Assembly (NCBI RefSeq): GCF_001194135.2
Contig: NC_068981.1
Span: 152,471,879-152,533,898, forward strand
DNA from: Octopus bimaculoides
Taxonomy: Eukaryota
DNA length: 62,020 nucleotides
Reading direction: 5' to 3'
A program made the position numbers and the translations under genes. Numbering within the stretch: the stretch's first letter is position 1; each line of letters begins with the position of its first letter. Below the pieces are notes generated by a model. That model ran no database searches. It was not told the origin of the DNA and was given only the letters and a program-made list of their open reading frames with translations. Below, piece by piece: positions 1 through 13,729 of the stretch.

Positions 1-47
1 TGTGTGTGTGTAGGAGAGACATACATTCATACACACACATGCATATG

Positions 48-48
48 C

Positions 49-131
<83 letters not shown>
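48..131. repeat. (GATA)n microsatellite
   Basis: About 20 perfect units. Confidence 0.95.
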
Positions 132-132
<1 letters not shown>

Positions 133-577
133 CTCTTCCAGGTATGACCTAATTACGAATGAATCTTCAACCGTGTTGGTATTTACCAGTCGAGTAAAAC
201 ATAAAGGTCATAAGCACTGCTATTCCTCTTCTGATTAACCAATGAAAAAAATAAAGTAAGCAAGGTAGATGAATGCTTGATATTTCATAATTAAAGTGCA
301 AATCTTATGATCGACCTTACCAAATTTCACTACACAAACACGTAAACACATTCACACACATTAAAGCACAGAAATACCTGTAACGAAATATAACATGAGA
401 TTATATTCGAACGTGTGCGTGTATAAGTGTGTATTTGGATGTGAGAATGTTGCAATGTAGAACCGAAATAGAAGAATGATATATCTCAAAATTTCTCATA
501 TATATGTTTGTAATCTAGATCGAAAATATACATTGCAAATGATAGAACCCTTTTTACGATCTTAATGTGGTAAGTTG

Positions 578-626
578 TAGTGGTGGTGGTGGTGGTGGTG
601 GTGGTGGTCGTCGTCGTCGTCGTCAT
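578..626. repeat. (GGT)n(CGT)n compound microsatellite
   Basis: Read directly. Confidence 0.9.
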
Positions 627-634
627 GGTATAAA

Positions 635-706
635 GGGCGCAGGAGTGGCTGTGTGGTAAGTAGCTTGCTTACCAACAATATGGTTCTGGGTTCAGTCCCA
701 CTGCGT
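635..706 (+). mobile_element. tRNA-derived SINE head (family C); further copies at about 23800-24050, 42779-42920 and 44447-44570
   Basis: Pol III A-box TGGCTGTGTGG and B-box GGTTCAGTCCC; recurs in the window. Confidence 0.7.
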
Positions 707-768
707 ATCTGATCTTAATTATGCTCAGATGCTATGGTAGCCTTCCTCTTTCAATAACAAAACTGTTC

Positions 769-1501
769 GGATCTAGTTCAAAACGGGGGCACCAGTTTTC
801 ATTTATGTTTTACGTAGTGTTTTTTGTACCGAAAGACTTTCAAACTTCGTATACTTATCTATATTGTGTTATAGAACAGAAAAAAATTTTTGTATTCGAA
901 TTAATTTCATGTAAAAAAATTGTCTTATTTCGATAATTTCAACCAATCACTGACAAGTATTCAGCTGTTTANNNNNNNNNNNNNNNNNNNNNNNNNNNNN
1001 NNNNNNNNNNNNNNNNNNNNNNNNNNNNNNNNNNNNNNNNNNNAGCTACTCCTTTGGCAGTTTAAGCGGTGTAAAGCGTATTTAATCTCCATTACTTCTG
1101 ACATTTTGCAGAGAGGCAACACACGTGTGTTCGTTTTCCCTAACCCTAACCCTAATTGACTTGCTCCTTCCCTCAAAAACCAGGCCTTGTGCCTATAATA
1201 GAAAGGTTTATTAGCTACTGCCAATATGCTTCAGCCATTTTTTGACAAGGAAATAATAATTTTATCACCGCCAGAATCGTTTGTTTACGTAGTCAGTACT
1301 TAATATATTCGGCTAAATGGACGTCAGTCATTGGTTGAAATTACAGAAATACAACTTTAACATGAAATAAATTGCAATATAATAATTTTTCTTAAGAAGA
1401 CTAAGAGAAAAAGATGTTTTATATGACACATTCTACCAGTGTCCCAAGTTTCAAAGTGTTTCGTTAAGAAAATACTGGTGCCCCCGTTTTGAACTAGATC
1501 C
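769..1501. mobile_element. Non-autonomous DNA transposon (MITE), Merlin-like, copy 1
   Basis: Perfect 28-bp TIRs (GGATCTAGTTCAAAACGGGGGCACCAGT, 769-796 and 1474-1501); 8-bp TSD AACTGTTC at 761-768 and 1502-1509; internal (CCCTAA)3. GG termini with an 8-bp TSD fit Merlin better than hAT (inference). Confidence 0.8.
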
Positions 1502-1509
1502 AACTGTTC

Positions 1510-1790
1510 CATGATTCTGAACGAGAGAGACTTTAAGAGTGCCCTCATGCAACTAGTGTTGTTCACCCGATCGAACGCCTTTTTTGACCACTGGATCGAC
1601 TCTTCTCGTCTGCTTCATCCTCCAAAATCAATCTTCACTTGTTAGAGTTAAGATTAACTCAACGAGTTTCAGACCTGACGGCTGACCTCGTTGATTTAAT
1701 TTGCCTGTCGAAGCGGTTTACCGAGATGTGGGTCCTGCATGCTGCAGCTTCATATCGCTACAGGCGAGACCAACAGTAGATGACTTGTTC
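1510..1790 (-). pseudogene. L1/Tx1-like LINE reverse transcriptase fragment
   Basis: Minus strand gives a degenerate D.SKKAFDRVN motif (gtcaaaaaaggcgttcgatcgggtgaac), typical of the RT D..KAFDRV box. Confidence 0.5.
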
Positions 1791-2139
1791 CCGTGAGAAC
1801 GCAAGTGCCTCTCTCAGAGATGCGACCCCTCCCTGAACACTCACGCACACACACACATACATACTTACACACACATGCACACACACACACACACACATGC
1901 ACACACACACACACACATCATATACAGGCGCAGATAAAGCAGTTGCTGTGCCAAAATAATATTAATCCAGTCATGCTACTTCATCATCCTCGAACCAGCG
2001 AGCGAATATTTACGTGATCGTTCAGCCTGCTAGAAATAGCAATCAAATCTCCCTTAAATCACATACCATCGTCTTAAATAGGAATGACACGGACAATTTA
2101 GATATAGATATACAAAAAGATGTCTTGATCAACTATAGC

Positions 2140-3720
2140 ATGTTTCTAAAACTAGAGGTAGATTCTTATTGAAAGAATATGAAGTGCTGGGTGAGGTTAA
2201 GAATTAACGGTAGAGCGTGCTTGTTTCCGAGTGATAGAATGGTTATTGCTGAAACCGGTCACTTTCTTAGGCTGAAGTAATCAAGGGCAGTTTTGTATAT
2301 TTGTTGTATGTGTTAAGGAACGAAGGATAAATGTTTATTGAGTATATACAGTGCGATGCTTGAAACAGAACGATATCCAACTTCAGAGGCATTTTCAGTG
2401 GGAGTACTACTTACAGAGTCATCTTGACTTTTGAGAGTTGGATAAGAAGAATGTGAAAAGTTGGAAGACACTCTTGGAACGAGGTTAGAAGATTGTGTTA
2501 CAATATGGAAGCCGGTAAAGCTTGCAGACGGTATGATTCATGAAGGTATCGTTTGCGTTTCTCGTGTTTTGCTTTGCAGGCGTTTTAGTGGTGAGTAGAA
2601 GCCTTCAGTTTTGTAAACATCTTCCTTCAGCAACTATTCGCACTGTCCTGCTGTAGATGAATTATTTTGAGATTTCGGGATAAAGGGCTTCAAAGAGATC
2701 TAAAAGAACAGATCTTCGAAGAAATTTGTATTCATCTGTTTAGCTATTTCCGATAACTCGAAAATGAAGTACATATGCTATCAGGGTAGTTATAAATTTG
2801 ATGGATCTCTGACCGGTTAGTTTAGCTAGCTTGAAAGTATTTGAAGGGATGCTACATGTCATCTTGTAGGAGTGAAGTAACTGGAGAAGTTTTTTTTGTT
2901 TTTTTCACGTAACTGCATAGTATATATAGTGGTAAAACTAGAAATGTGCACAAAGAGAATTTTGAAAGAGCTTTGTTGGGGGTTTGCTGCGTGAAGTTGA
3001 AACCCCTAGCTTTACGGTGGTCATAGAAGAAGAAAAGAGTCATGAAGTAATGAAAAAGTGATTGTTTCCACCACTATTTAGATATTGTAAATCAGAGTGA
3101 TAGGACAAAATATTTCCCTACTTAAGAATGGGACAAATAGTAAAGCGCTTCCAAAAAGGTTAGACGATCCAACAGGGAAAAGCAGAAATTGAAGTGTGGC
3201 GAGGTTATGAACAAACTTTTAGACGTTAAGGCTTCGTTGTCATGCAGTGTGCAATAACTTCTTTGATCCAACCGTCACCAGAATGAGACTATGGCTGGAA
3301 ATCACAGATATAAAAGTGAGGTGAAATGGCCATTGAACTTAAGGTTCTGCTCACACCTCCAGTCTAGTACTATTTTCTCGTTGTTTCCCAGTTTTATATA
3401 TATGTTTGTGCTTTAATTAACAATCTGCGCAGTGTCATTTCTAACAACACACACGTCTGGTCACATCTACTTGTCAAAATCCCAATACGAAAGCATACGC
3501 TACAAATACAACGATGATATGGAGTGTACTGTGCGGTAGAGCATGTGTTAGATATGTTGCTTTGATTAAGCAAATGTCAGAAGACTCGTCAGAGAAAGAA
3601 TGGTGATGGCCGAGTAAAATCAGGGTTCGATGGCAAGAAAGAGTTGAAAGTGTTTGGAAAGTCAAAGTATAGAGGTAGGTGAAAATACTAACAGGTGCTT
3701 TCATTTCGGAATAACAAACG
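2140..3720 (-). mobile_element. Heavily decayed retroelement remnant, probably Penelope-like
   Basis: Fragmentary minus-strand frames resemble PLE RT thumb and linker motifs, with many stops and frameshifts. Recognised by eye only. Confidence 0.35.
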
Positions 3721-5660
3721 ATTTCATCACTGTGCTAACTGTATCACCATGGGACGAGACAAAGAGATGAACAATGAAGTAAATAAATATGGTTTACTAC
3801 AAAAAGAGGTTGGGAACTCTGAAGTTGTAGTGTAAAATAATTTCTTATAGAGAAGCATGTTCGCGCAGGTAAAAATACCCAAACACGAGGTAGAAGTAAG
3901 TGATACTCTATTTAGATAATCTCGCAGGCATAGCTAACGCAAGCAACAGGTTTATTTACTTTTTCACGTCGTTTCTATTAATATTACTAGTGTTCAGGTA
4001 AACATTATATGTAATACAGCTGTTAAATCTTTAGACTGTTTTGAGTCTATAACTTCGGTGTTAAGATGACAAAACATATTTCACTTGACAAATATAAACG
4101 TGTGTAGGTGTGTATATATAGATATGCATGGGTTGGAAGAAGAAAATGTGTGTATATATATAGACAGATATGCGTAGAAGAGAGAGTGTATGTATGTATG
4201 TATGTATGTATGTAGCCCAAACATTGGTCCTAGAATTGTGGCTCCTCCGGAATTCCATTCCCACCCACTTTGTAGCAGCTGTTTGCTACTGTCTTACACC
4301 AACCAGGCAATCCTGATTCAGCAGGCATATGATGAAAAGTGTTTCAGTCGTGACCATCTTGTCTTTTTGTATATTTATGATTGCATCGTTTAATATATCC
4401 CATCCTTTTTTTGTTTGCTTTTTTTTTTGGGGGGGGGGTCGATAGATGTGCTTTCAGGGAAATTTGACAATTGCTTTCAGCAAGTCGAACCACAACAAAG
4501 GGGCTTGGGGCTTCTTTTCCATTTTCCCCTGCCAGATGTTTATCCTCAGATGTTCAAACTAAACATCAATCTAATCGATTTCACCACTCTGGAAGTATGA
4601 CCTTTACAGGTCATACTCTAACTCTTTCCCTATCTCAAACAGTATGTGTACATGGGTATGTGCGTGCGCGCGCTTAGGTGTATGTATGTATGTATGTATG
4701 TATGTATCAGACGTTGCATAAAACAGAAACTCTTTGTTAAAGAATGTGTTCGGTCACATACTTTACAATATTTTATTCCGCGTGCACACACATAATAAAC
4801 ATCCATAATTACATTACACACACACGTACAGGTCTATGGGGAGAGGAGAAAAGATACACACACGCACACACACACATACACGGCTATATCATTGCTTAAA
4901 AATATAGCATTTGTTATTTGTATCTGCTTATTGACAAATCAACGTTACGTTTCAGTCGACCTTGCCTTTGTCATTCACTCTTTCAATCTGGCTGCTGTTT
5001 TTATGTCTTTATATCATTATGGTTTTTGCTTTGTTTTTTTTTTTTGTGTTTTTTATGGTTCCAAGTTAGCCTACCTATCATTGGTATTATATGTACGAAT
5101 GGTATACTTCATTTACTGTCTATAACCCAATGTTATTCTATTAATATTTTCACATATCATCATCACCAGATAACTTTTTTTTTAATTTCCTTGGAATGCA
5201 CTTTGTTTATATCAGCAATGTATTGTTTAGATTCACATTTCACAATCGTATGAATCACGGTGTTTCTTAATAGCACTGCACGGTTTTCACATTTTTAAGA
5301 CTATGCCTCTGATATACAATGTTTTCATTTTTAACCTTCATTCTACATATGACCTTCATTGCGTATGCAATGATATCTATTGCTAATAGAAATGGAATTT
5401 TTTAAATGTTTTCTACTTAGTTCATTATACTTTCTTTTTCAAATTATCTTTTCCGACTTAGGTATCTGTTACACTTGTTTGTTTTAAGTAGGTGTTGATG
5501 CATCATTTTCGAACATCTGACTGATAGTTTGTTTGGCGGCAGAGAAGACTTTCTTTTCTTTTTCTTTTTCTTTTTTTCTCTTTTCTTTTATATGTATATA
5601 TCATACTATGACCACCCCTCGTTCGTCACAAGTAACATTTTTCTGTACAATTCATAACTT

Positions 5661-5694
<34 letters not shown>

Positions 5695-6945
5695 NNNNNN
5701 NNNNNNNNNNNNNNNNNNNNNNNNNNNNNNNNNNNNNNNNNNNNNNNNNNNNNNNNNNNNNNNNNNNNNNNNNNNNNNNNNNNNNNNNNNNNNNNNNNNN
5801 NNNNNNNNNNNNNNNNNNNNNNNNNNNNNNNNNNNNNNNNNNNNNNNNNNNNNNNNNNNNNNNNNNNNNNNNNNNNNNNNNNNNNNNNNNNNNNNNNNNN
5901 NNNNNNNNNNNNNNNNNNNNNNNNNNNNNNNNNNNNNNNNNNNNNNNNNNNNNNNNNNNNNNNNNNNNNNNNNNNNNNNNNNNNNNNNNNNNNNNNNNNN
6001 NNNNNNNNNNNNNNNNNNNNNNNNNNNNNNNNNNNNNNNNNNNNNNNNNNNNNNNNNNNNNNNNNNNNNNNNNNNNNNNNNNNNNNNNNNNNNNNNNNNN
6101 NNNNNNNNNNNNNNNNNNNNNNNNNNNNNNNNNNNNNNNNNNNNNNNNNNNNNNNNNNNNNNNNNNNNNNNNNNNNNNNNNNNNNNNNNNNNNNNNNNNN
6201 NNNNNNNNNNNNNNNNNNNNNNNNNNNNNNNNNNNNNNNNNNNNNNNNNNNNNNNNNNNNNNNNNNNNNNNNNNNNNNNNNNNNNNNNNNNNNNNNNNNN
6301 NNNNNNNNNNNNNNNNNNNNNNNNNNNNNNNNNNNNNNNNNNNNNNNNNNNNNNNNNNNNNNNNTTTATACATGAACTACTATTGAACTACAAAAGCTCA
6401 AAGACAATATAATGTATGGGTATATTTATTTTTTTATATATTATTGTTTTATATATTATTTTCTTCATTTTGTACTTCTTTGTAAAAAAACATTTTCATT
6501 CTCCTTCTTCTTGATAATTTGCTTTTCGCAATGAAAACCGGTTAGAAGAAATCTTTATTAAAATATGCTTCCAGTTTAGCATTCTGGCTTTTTTTCATTT
6601 TCCTATTATTTCTCCACGTGCGGTTAACACAACCCCACTATTTACTGACTTATATATATATATATAAGTTGATGTTGGTCATTGTTGTGTTGTTCTTAAG
6701 AGAGAGCAGTTTGATGATAGTGAGATTAGTCTATAATCTCTAGTCGATCGGACGGTTGCGTATTTTGAGGTTAAAATAACATAAATTATTCAACTGATAT
6801 TTTTATAACAATAATATCTATTTCTGTGTTCTTTTTAGGAAGAAAATAAGGCAAACTGGAACTTTCCTTTCAGTTTCACCGACAACAACCTGATAATCCT
6901 GAATCCATTAACAAGCACACGTCTTTCATGAATATACACCAATCG

Positions 6946-7075
6946 AGGGGCGGAATGAGACGTCCTGGAGCTCTGAGGGGCCCGCACTCTACAAGTTAAC
7001 TCTACTGATATCAATGCTAAAGGGCCAGGTAAACAGTTATGCCCGAGGGCCCTTAATACTCTCAGTCCAACCCTG
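6946..7075. mobile_element. Possible Harbinger-like MITE
   Basis: Imperfect TIRs aggggcggaatgaga .. ctctcagtccaaccct; GC-rich island. Confidence 0.25.
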
Positions 7076-7129
7076 CACCAATCTGTAGCTGTGCTGTTTT
7101 TTTGGGGGTTTTTTTTTCAATTTACGTCC

Positions 7130-7560
7130 TTCGATAACACTGTAGAACACAATTTTTGTCCTTGAGTAGGAACTGTTATTTCCTATTCGCTTACCCTTAG
7201 AAAGTATGAAAAATGGCTGATACTTCTGTAAGGGACGACCGTGCGAACTCAAAAAGGAGAAATAGTGACGAATGGAAAAACAGAGGACTCCTTTTATTTA
7301 AACGTGTCACACGGTCGAACACACAATTATATATCAATGATGATATACATGATATGTTATACGACGATAACATAGATGACCAGTAATGAAAGACCACAAC
7401 CGTATAAGATGAATAACAGAGATATTTATTGTAGCATTAAAGATGTATGTCTGTGTGTGAGTGTGAATGCGACATATAAGAACATAATCAAAGACAGGCC
7501 GTCATACAAAGAAAAGTGTGTATGTGAGTGATACATGTGTGTGTATGTGAGTTATTACAG
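7130..7560 (+). repeat. Unclassified interspersed repeat, second copy at about 17390-17880
   Basis: Shared blocks, e.g. gacgaccgtgcgaac..aaaagg.gaaat.gtgacgaatggaaaa and aaccg.ataagatgaataacag. Confidence 0.65.
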
Positions 7561-8214
7561 CAAATAGAAAGAGAGTCAATAACACGNNNNNNNNNNNNNN
7601 NNNNNNNNNNNNNNNNNNNNNNNNNNNNNNNNNNNNNNNNNNNNNNNNNNNNNNNNNNNNNNNNNNNNNNNNNNNNNNNNNNNNNNNNNNNNNNNNNNNN
7701 NNNNNNNNNNNNNNNNNNNNNNNNNNNNNNNNNNNNNNNNNNNNNNNNNNNNNNNNNNNNNNNNNNNNNNNNNNNNNNNNNNNNNNNNNNNNNNNNNNNN
7801 NNNNNNNNNNNNNNNNNNNNNNNNNNNNNNNNNNNNNNNNNNNNNNNNNNNNNNNNNNNNNNNNNNNNNNNNNNNNNNNNNNNNNNNNNNNNNNNNNNNN
7901 NNNNNNNNNNNNNNNNNNNNNNNNNNNNNNNNNNNNNNNNNNNNNNNNNNNNNNNNNNNNNNNNNNNNNNNNNNNNNNNNNNNNNNNNNNNNNNNNNNNN
8001 NNNNNNNNNNNNNNNNNNNNNNNNNNNNNNNNNNNNNNNNNNNNNNNNNNNNNNNNNNNNNNNNNNNNNNNNNNNNNNNNNNNNNNNNNNNNNNNNNNNN
8101 NNNNNNNNNNNNNNNNNNNNNNNTCTCAAAGAGAAACTGGACCGAGACAAATTTGGTGGGTATGAGTTGATCTATTTATAGCGTTAAGGGGGCTCACCAG
8201 ATATCAGAAATATA

Positions 8215-8335
8215 CTCTATCACGTGACCTTATTAAGGGCTGTGATTGGTCAGTTTGCGCTCTGGCGGGAACGGTTCGAAGAAGTTGCCGATTCGAATAA
8301 TGATCAGTCACGTGATGACAAGGAATGGGTTCTCT
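8215..8335. promoter_or_regulatory. Candidate promoter-like motif cluster (E-box x2, CCAAT, E2F-like)
   Basis: TCACGTGAC and GTCACGTGA, GATTGG, TGGCGGGAA. Confidence 0.35.
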
Positions 8336-11162
8336 ACTACGCTCGCATTTATTTATATTTAAATGAGAAGATTGTATGTAATGGCGATAGTAGTTTGTAT
8401 CTAATGGCGGGAGGTAGTTTCACTACACTTCCTTCAAACTTTGTTTTTGTTACATTTATTCAAACTGCGAAGAATCTCTCTCAACACATAGCTATGATAC
8501 TCCCCCACTACTCTCATGATCAAAGATGTACATATTATCAGCCACTAAGAGAGATGCTCAAGTGGTTAAGGTCAAGCAATTGGCAAGTAAATCTGTGACA
8601 TGAAGCAGAATATTTGCTATAACAATAGTTTTACTTCAGCAACTCAGCGCTGAATCTGTTTGAAATGCAATGGAAAATAGGTGGGTTTCAAAACATTGAT
8701 GTCCATATCACGAAAGCAAAGTTTGAAGGGAACAGTAGTCATTTCCTTTGATTTCTAGATAGAAGCAAATAGGAAATAACACTTACAGACCAACAAGAAA
8801 AAAAAGTTAAAATTTTGTCACACAGTGTAATTTTTACTGAATTAGTATCAGTGCACCAAAAATATATTACATGGAAATTACGTCAAAGAAATGATTAAGT
8901 AGTCAACTTCTTAAATAAGTGGTCTTTAAAGAAAATAGAACTCTTATGAAACAGTATCACGGCTAACAATGCGAATAGTAATGCATTACCCTTAACTCGC
9001 TATAAGAAGACGCACAATTTCAGGGTACTTACTGACTGCCTATTGCTTACGCTATAATGTTGTGTATAAATGGGACTTAAACAACAGTAATATCGTCTTT
9101 ATAGGACCGCAAATAAACTTTACTATTCGATACTGTTACGGTATGTCTCTCGGTGAGAGATTTAAAACAAGTTGTTTTTTCTCTACAATTTTTATTGCTA
9201 TGGGATTATTGACTCGCTTCACAATTAACTCATCCACAACTCATTGGATGTTTTACATCAATTTGAATCTTGCAGCTCTCAAGTACCCCCAGCGTTTTTT
9301 ATCCAATGTCTCACACTACACAATGTGCGACTTGAACACTTAATTACCTCGTGATGTGTTTTCTACTATCACATGTGTGGTTTTCCATCAAGTAATAAAT
9401 TGTTATGTTTATTTACGAAGGAATACTGTCTTCTGATATTTGTCTTTACATTCATGAAAAATATACATTTGTTCATTACTTACACGCACACAATTCATAT
9501 ACTTACTAAATTGGTGACCCCGACGTGATATTTTTATATTTTCATTCTTAGTCTTTCCTTCGCTACTCCTGCCAGGCATCTCCTACTATTGTCAAAACTT
9601 TGACAATAGTTGGAAATGCTTGTCCTGAGCACTTACCGTTGTCTTGGTCATTTCCTTGACCTTATAACCCATGTTATCTCTCTTTTTTTTTCTTGACACC
9701 ATCAATTAAAATCTTCTTAGCACTAATTCCACTTTTGCTACTCCATCCCTTTCCCTGCCACCTCATTTTCCCCTCTATGTTTCTGTCCTTTCCTCCATCA
9801 CCATGCCTCCCCATATATCCTATATATATTTGTAAGCATTACTATGCAATATAATTTTAGCTAGAATCTTCTGATTGGGTTAACATAACTTCGCTTCACG
9901 GATCTATAAAAATCCGTGCTATTCCATACACCTACGACATTATTGATTTTTACTGCATGATTAATGTATACGTCATGGCTATCTCGAAACAGCTTTTCAA
10001 GATAAGAATTTTGTCTATTTGTATTCTATGTAAATATACTAATTAAGCCTACTCTTGCCTTTTTACTTCCATACCCGCTCGACGAAGATCGTTTTTATAG
10101 CCTACTTTTTACTGAACACTACTCATATATATATTGGCACTTATTTTAATTTATTTGTCACATTCCTTTTTTTCTACGAGTATTATTTCTGTGTATTACT
10201 TTCTTAATGTCAAAATCGGAGCCTCATATCGTCTGTACTATTAATACTGGACAGTCTAGTTGGTCACAGCTACATTGATTTATCGATTTGTAGATAGTGT
10301 AAATAAAACCAATGTTAAATGTTATCCTGCAGATTTTTTTATAACTTTTTTGGAAAAGAAGAAAAAGTCGAAAAAATATCCGTGAGAAAACTGAAGAACC
10401 GGCACTTTTCAAACGAAGTCCATTGAAATATTTGTTCTGCATAAAGTTACTGTTAACTGTGTGATTTCTCTAACCGTCAGACATTTAATAGTGATTAGTT
10501 AGTTGAAAACCTGTCATCAATGACTATGGTTCCCATCTGCTATATCAAGGCTTACCTAAGGCTACGCAATAACAACACCTTTACCAAATGGGTATGCAAT
10601 AAAAAAAAATCTGTTTACAAGAAAAACATTAGAATCTGTATTAATGTACACTAAGAGCAGCAGACAAGCGTTGCTACGAGCACTGAATTTGAACTTTGTG
10701 TTACGATAACAGATATAGAACTCACACAGTAGAACTATTGAAAATGCTGGAATGAAAGAATGAGTGGGTGGTGTTGCAATTAATATGCTTTTTGAAAGCA
10801 TCAGATGTAAGGAACTGCTTCTTTTTATCATCTGCAGCTTTGGTAGTTTTGTACTATTTCAGAGAGCTAAATAAACTCTTTCGTATCTTTTACTGTTTAT
10901 TCATGTATGTAAACTTAGTTTTACTCCGCTATTCGTTATCAGTCATTGTTCTTTTGCCAGCTATTCGAGGTTGCATTTTTTTCCCAGACATATACAATAT
11001 GACCCTCTCTAACTCTTTAAATATAAACCCGCCTGTAACCATATTTAAATTGAAAGCGATAAATTAAGAAGATCCGTTATCTTTGGTAGTAACTGAACAA
11101 AATATGTTATTAAGAGAAATATTTCTGCAAAGGTCACTACTTTCAAATAGGCGACAATATTA

Positions 11163-11366
11163 AAGGAGGTCAGCTAGTAGAATCGTTAGCACGCCGAGCA
11201 AAATGCTTAGTGGCGTTTCGTCTGTCTCCATGTTCTGAGTTCAAATTCCACTGACGCCGACTTTGCTTTTCATCCTTTGGAGTTAGATAAAATAAGTATC
11301 AGTTAAACACTGGAGTCAATGCAATTGACTAACCACTCCCCCGAAATTGCTGGCCTTGCGCTAATA
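11163..11366 (+). mobile_element. tRNA-derived SINE (family A)
   Basis: gctagtagaatcgttagcacgcc..gagttcaaattcc..ctttcatccttt..ccttgcgc. Other copies: 15361-15562(-), 36991-37207, 44868-45012, 45040-45240, 45243-45461, 51446-51640, 59669-59891(-). Confidence 0.8.
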
Positions 11367-11613
11367 TTAAGGAATACACAATTTATGAACAGTAAATTTG
11401 CATTTGTTTTAGTTTCTCTAGAAATTACTTTTTCATTTTCACTTCACCATATGCCCATTCGGTTGTAGTAGATTTATCCTGTGTAGATTGTTATGCCTGC
11501 TAAAAAGATCATAGGAAACATTCCAAAATCTAGACTACTTTCCAAATAGAAACTAATTTGAAATATTTAACTATGTATCGCCCCTGCAGCAAAACATGTT
11601 CACGAAATTTAAT

Positions 11614-11770
11614 CAGGGGCGGACCCAAGGGAAACCTGAGGGGCACGTGCCCCCACCTCCTCAATAAAAGTACACTCTTCTAAATAATGTTATTGCGCCC
11701 TTTTCTCCTGGAATTGTATTCCCTTCTGACCTTGTGCCCTCCCTTCGAAAAATTCCTGGAACCCCGCCTG
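11614..11770. mobile_element. Degenerate PIF/Harbinger-like MITE
   Basis: Imperfect TIRs caggggcggacccaaggg .. ttcctggaaccccgcctg; no clear TSD. Confidence 0.35.
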
Positions 11771-13130
11771 TTAATGATGCTAATAATGCAGTTTTTACAA
11801 AACTATTGTTGATATTACTGCTGTTTAGTCTTAGTAGAAGTATGTTCCAGCGGGCATAAGCTCAATACTTTCCCTCTTAAGTTTTAAGTGTCTACCGTCT
11901 TTTTAAGAAGGTAGAGAGTGATTTGTAGGATATTTGGCTGTTCTTTCTTGCAGGTCTACGAAAACTGAATGTGTACCTTCAGTGTTCAGTGGTTCCAGCA
12001 AAATTCAAATCCTGCCATAGTCAACTTTGCCGTTTCTATTACTAGTCAAGACTTGGGACGATTTAATCGACTAACCTCACCCACCAAAATCCCGGCCTCG
12101 TGCCTATGCAAGAAATTATCATTATCTAAAAATTCCGAAGAAGCCAGCCTATGAAATGTACCAAAGTGAAATTAAATCTCTACAAATTAGGAAACGTTGC
12201 TGATACACAGAGCAAACTATCTGCTGAAAGTATATACATATAGATTTACGAGAGTAGGCAGCAGGTGGAAAATGTAAATAACACCACCAGAGATGTTACT
12301 TTCTATATACTCCAACCAGCTGACTAGTCTAACAGTTAGTCAGTTGCTACCAACGCAAAGAAACTAATCGCTAAATACAAAAAGAGTGCAGCACTATTTT
12401 CACAGAGAATTTTCTCGACTACATCCTTACCTCACTATTCTTTTTCCTTTTGTTTTTTGTTGTTTTGAGGGGGGGGGGGTTACTTCATCTCTTAGTTCCT
12501 CACCGCTCTCTCATAAGAAAGTTTATTTTGATAAGGTACAGAGGCCTATATTTCAGAAAATAAATATTAAGAAGTAATGAAATTCATACTTTTACACACA
12601 CGCATGCACGCACACGCACATATACACACACACACACACACAAACATACATACGCGAGCGCGCGAGCGCACACACATACATACATACATACATACATGCA
12701 TGCATACATAAGGCGACACATGTATACATGAATGTGAAGTAGGTAACTAATTAATCAAGACCTGTATTGAGTAGAAGTAAATATTATTAAACAGTGAGTA
12801 ACTAAACTAAAAAGAGTAAAATCGACAGCTGAAAATAAGATTATATGTACACACACACACACACACACACATACGAGCGCACGCACTCACACACGCAAAA
12901 ACACACCCACACACACACAGTTTAAATCATCATTTATTTATTTCCACATTATCATTTTCCTATACAACTGAATTTTTACCTAGAATTTTAACTTTGTTGA
13001 TGAGAAGGTTAAGAAATACAAAATTGGTCACTGAGGATTTTGATCCTTCGAATGAGAGGACGAAAGAATGAAGTAATTTAATCAGTATTGTCTCAGTAAA
13101 TTTTCTGCTACTCATTCTGTACTATGAATA

Positions 13131-13310
13131 TACTAGCTGACCCCGTGCCGTCAAAAATGACGGCAAATTGTAGTATTTTATATATAAATATGGATGGTAA
13201 ATCAAATTAATACACTTATCAATGTTCACATGCATTCACATATTTCCCTTGTACACGCACACACATATACTTACACAGAGTTGAAACGCTGTTTGAATTT
13301 TTCTTTTCAG
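13131..13310 (+). mobile_element. Helitron-like 5' fragment
   Basis: tactagctgaccccgtg start, plus an 8-bp hairpin tgccgtca-aaaa-tgacggca. Resemblance to invertebrate Helitron ends is inferred. Confidence 0.3.
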
Positions 13311-13729
13311 CGTTGAATGCTCACCATCCCACTTCCAGTTTGATATCACCCTTTCCTTTTTCATTCATATGTTGTGACGGAGAAAGACACAAAAGTATTA
13401 TTATAGTAGATTATATTCTACCGACTAGCATATGCATTTGTACATGCCTAAAGTATAATTTCCTCTTTGGTAGGGTATTTCGAGACTGGAATCTCTAATT
13501 CAGAAAAGAGAAAATTAAAGTAGACTCATCAGCAACAGCCCCCCGAACACTATTACAACACCGTGCTGAAAATGCTATTCCTCTTATTTAATCCAAGTAA
13601 ACATATAAAAAAATGCACTTATACATACAAAGCGATGTAGTATTAGTAGCTGTATGTCATGTGCTGAGATGTTCACCATTAATGGTAAGAGTAAAGGAAC
13701 ATCAACTGTCACATTCTAACCAAGTCCGC

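Noticed and set aside
3560-3730. Minus-strand CUGACGAGUC-UUCU-GAC and GUGAUGAA..CCGAAA strings near the PLE-like remnant
   Set aside because: The first lacks GAAA after stem II; the second lacks C3 and a pairing stem II.
6837-6932. Acceptor-like tttttag followed by a short open frame (EENKANWNF..)
   Set aside because: No recognisable homology and no partner exons in the window.
5533-8181. Long ORFs in the supplied track here and at 17869-18619, 39654-40728, 52797-53575 and 61316-61759
   Set aside because: They are open only because they run through N gaps or low-complexity sequence.
8224-8598. 124-aa ORF
   Set aside because: GTG start, no recognisable domain, overlaps the promoter-like motifs, no splice support.
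13465-13540. Minus-strand CUGAUGAG..CUCGAAA
   Set aside because: Stem II would have to use core bases, and no stem I or correctly placed NUH is present. Could be a decayed relic but is not supportable.
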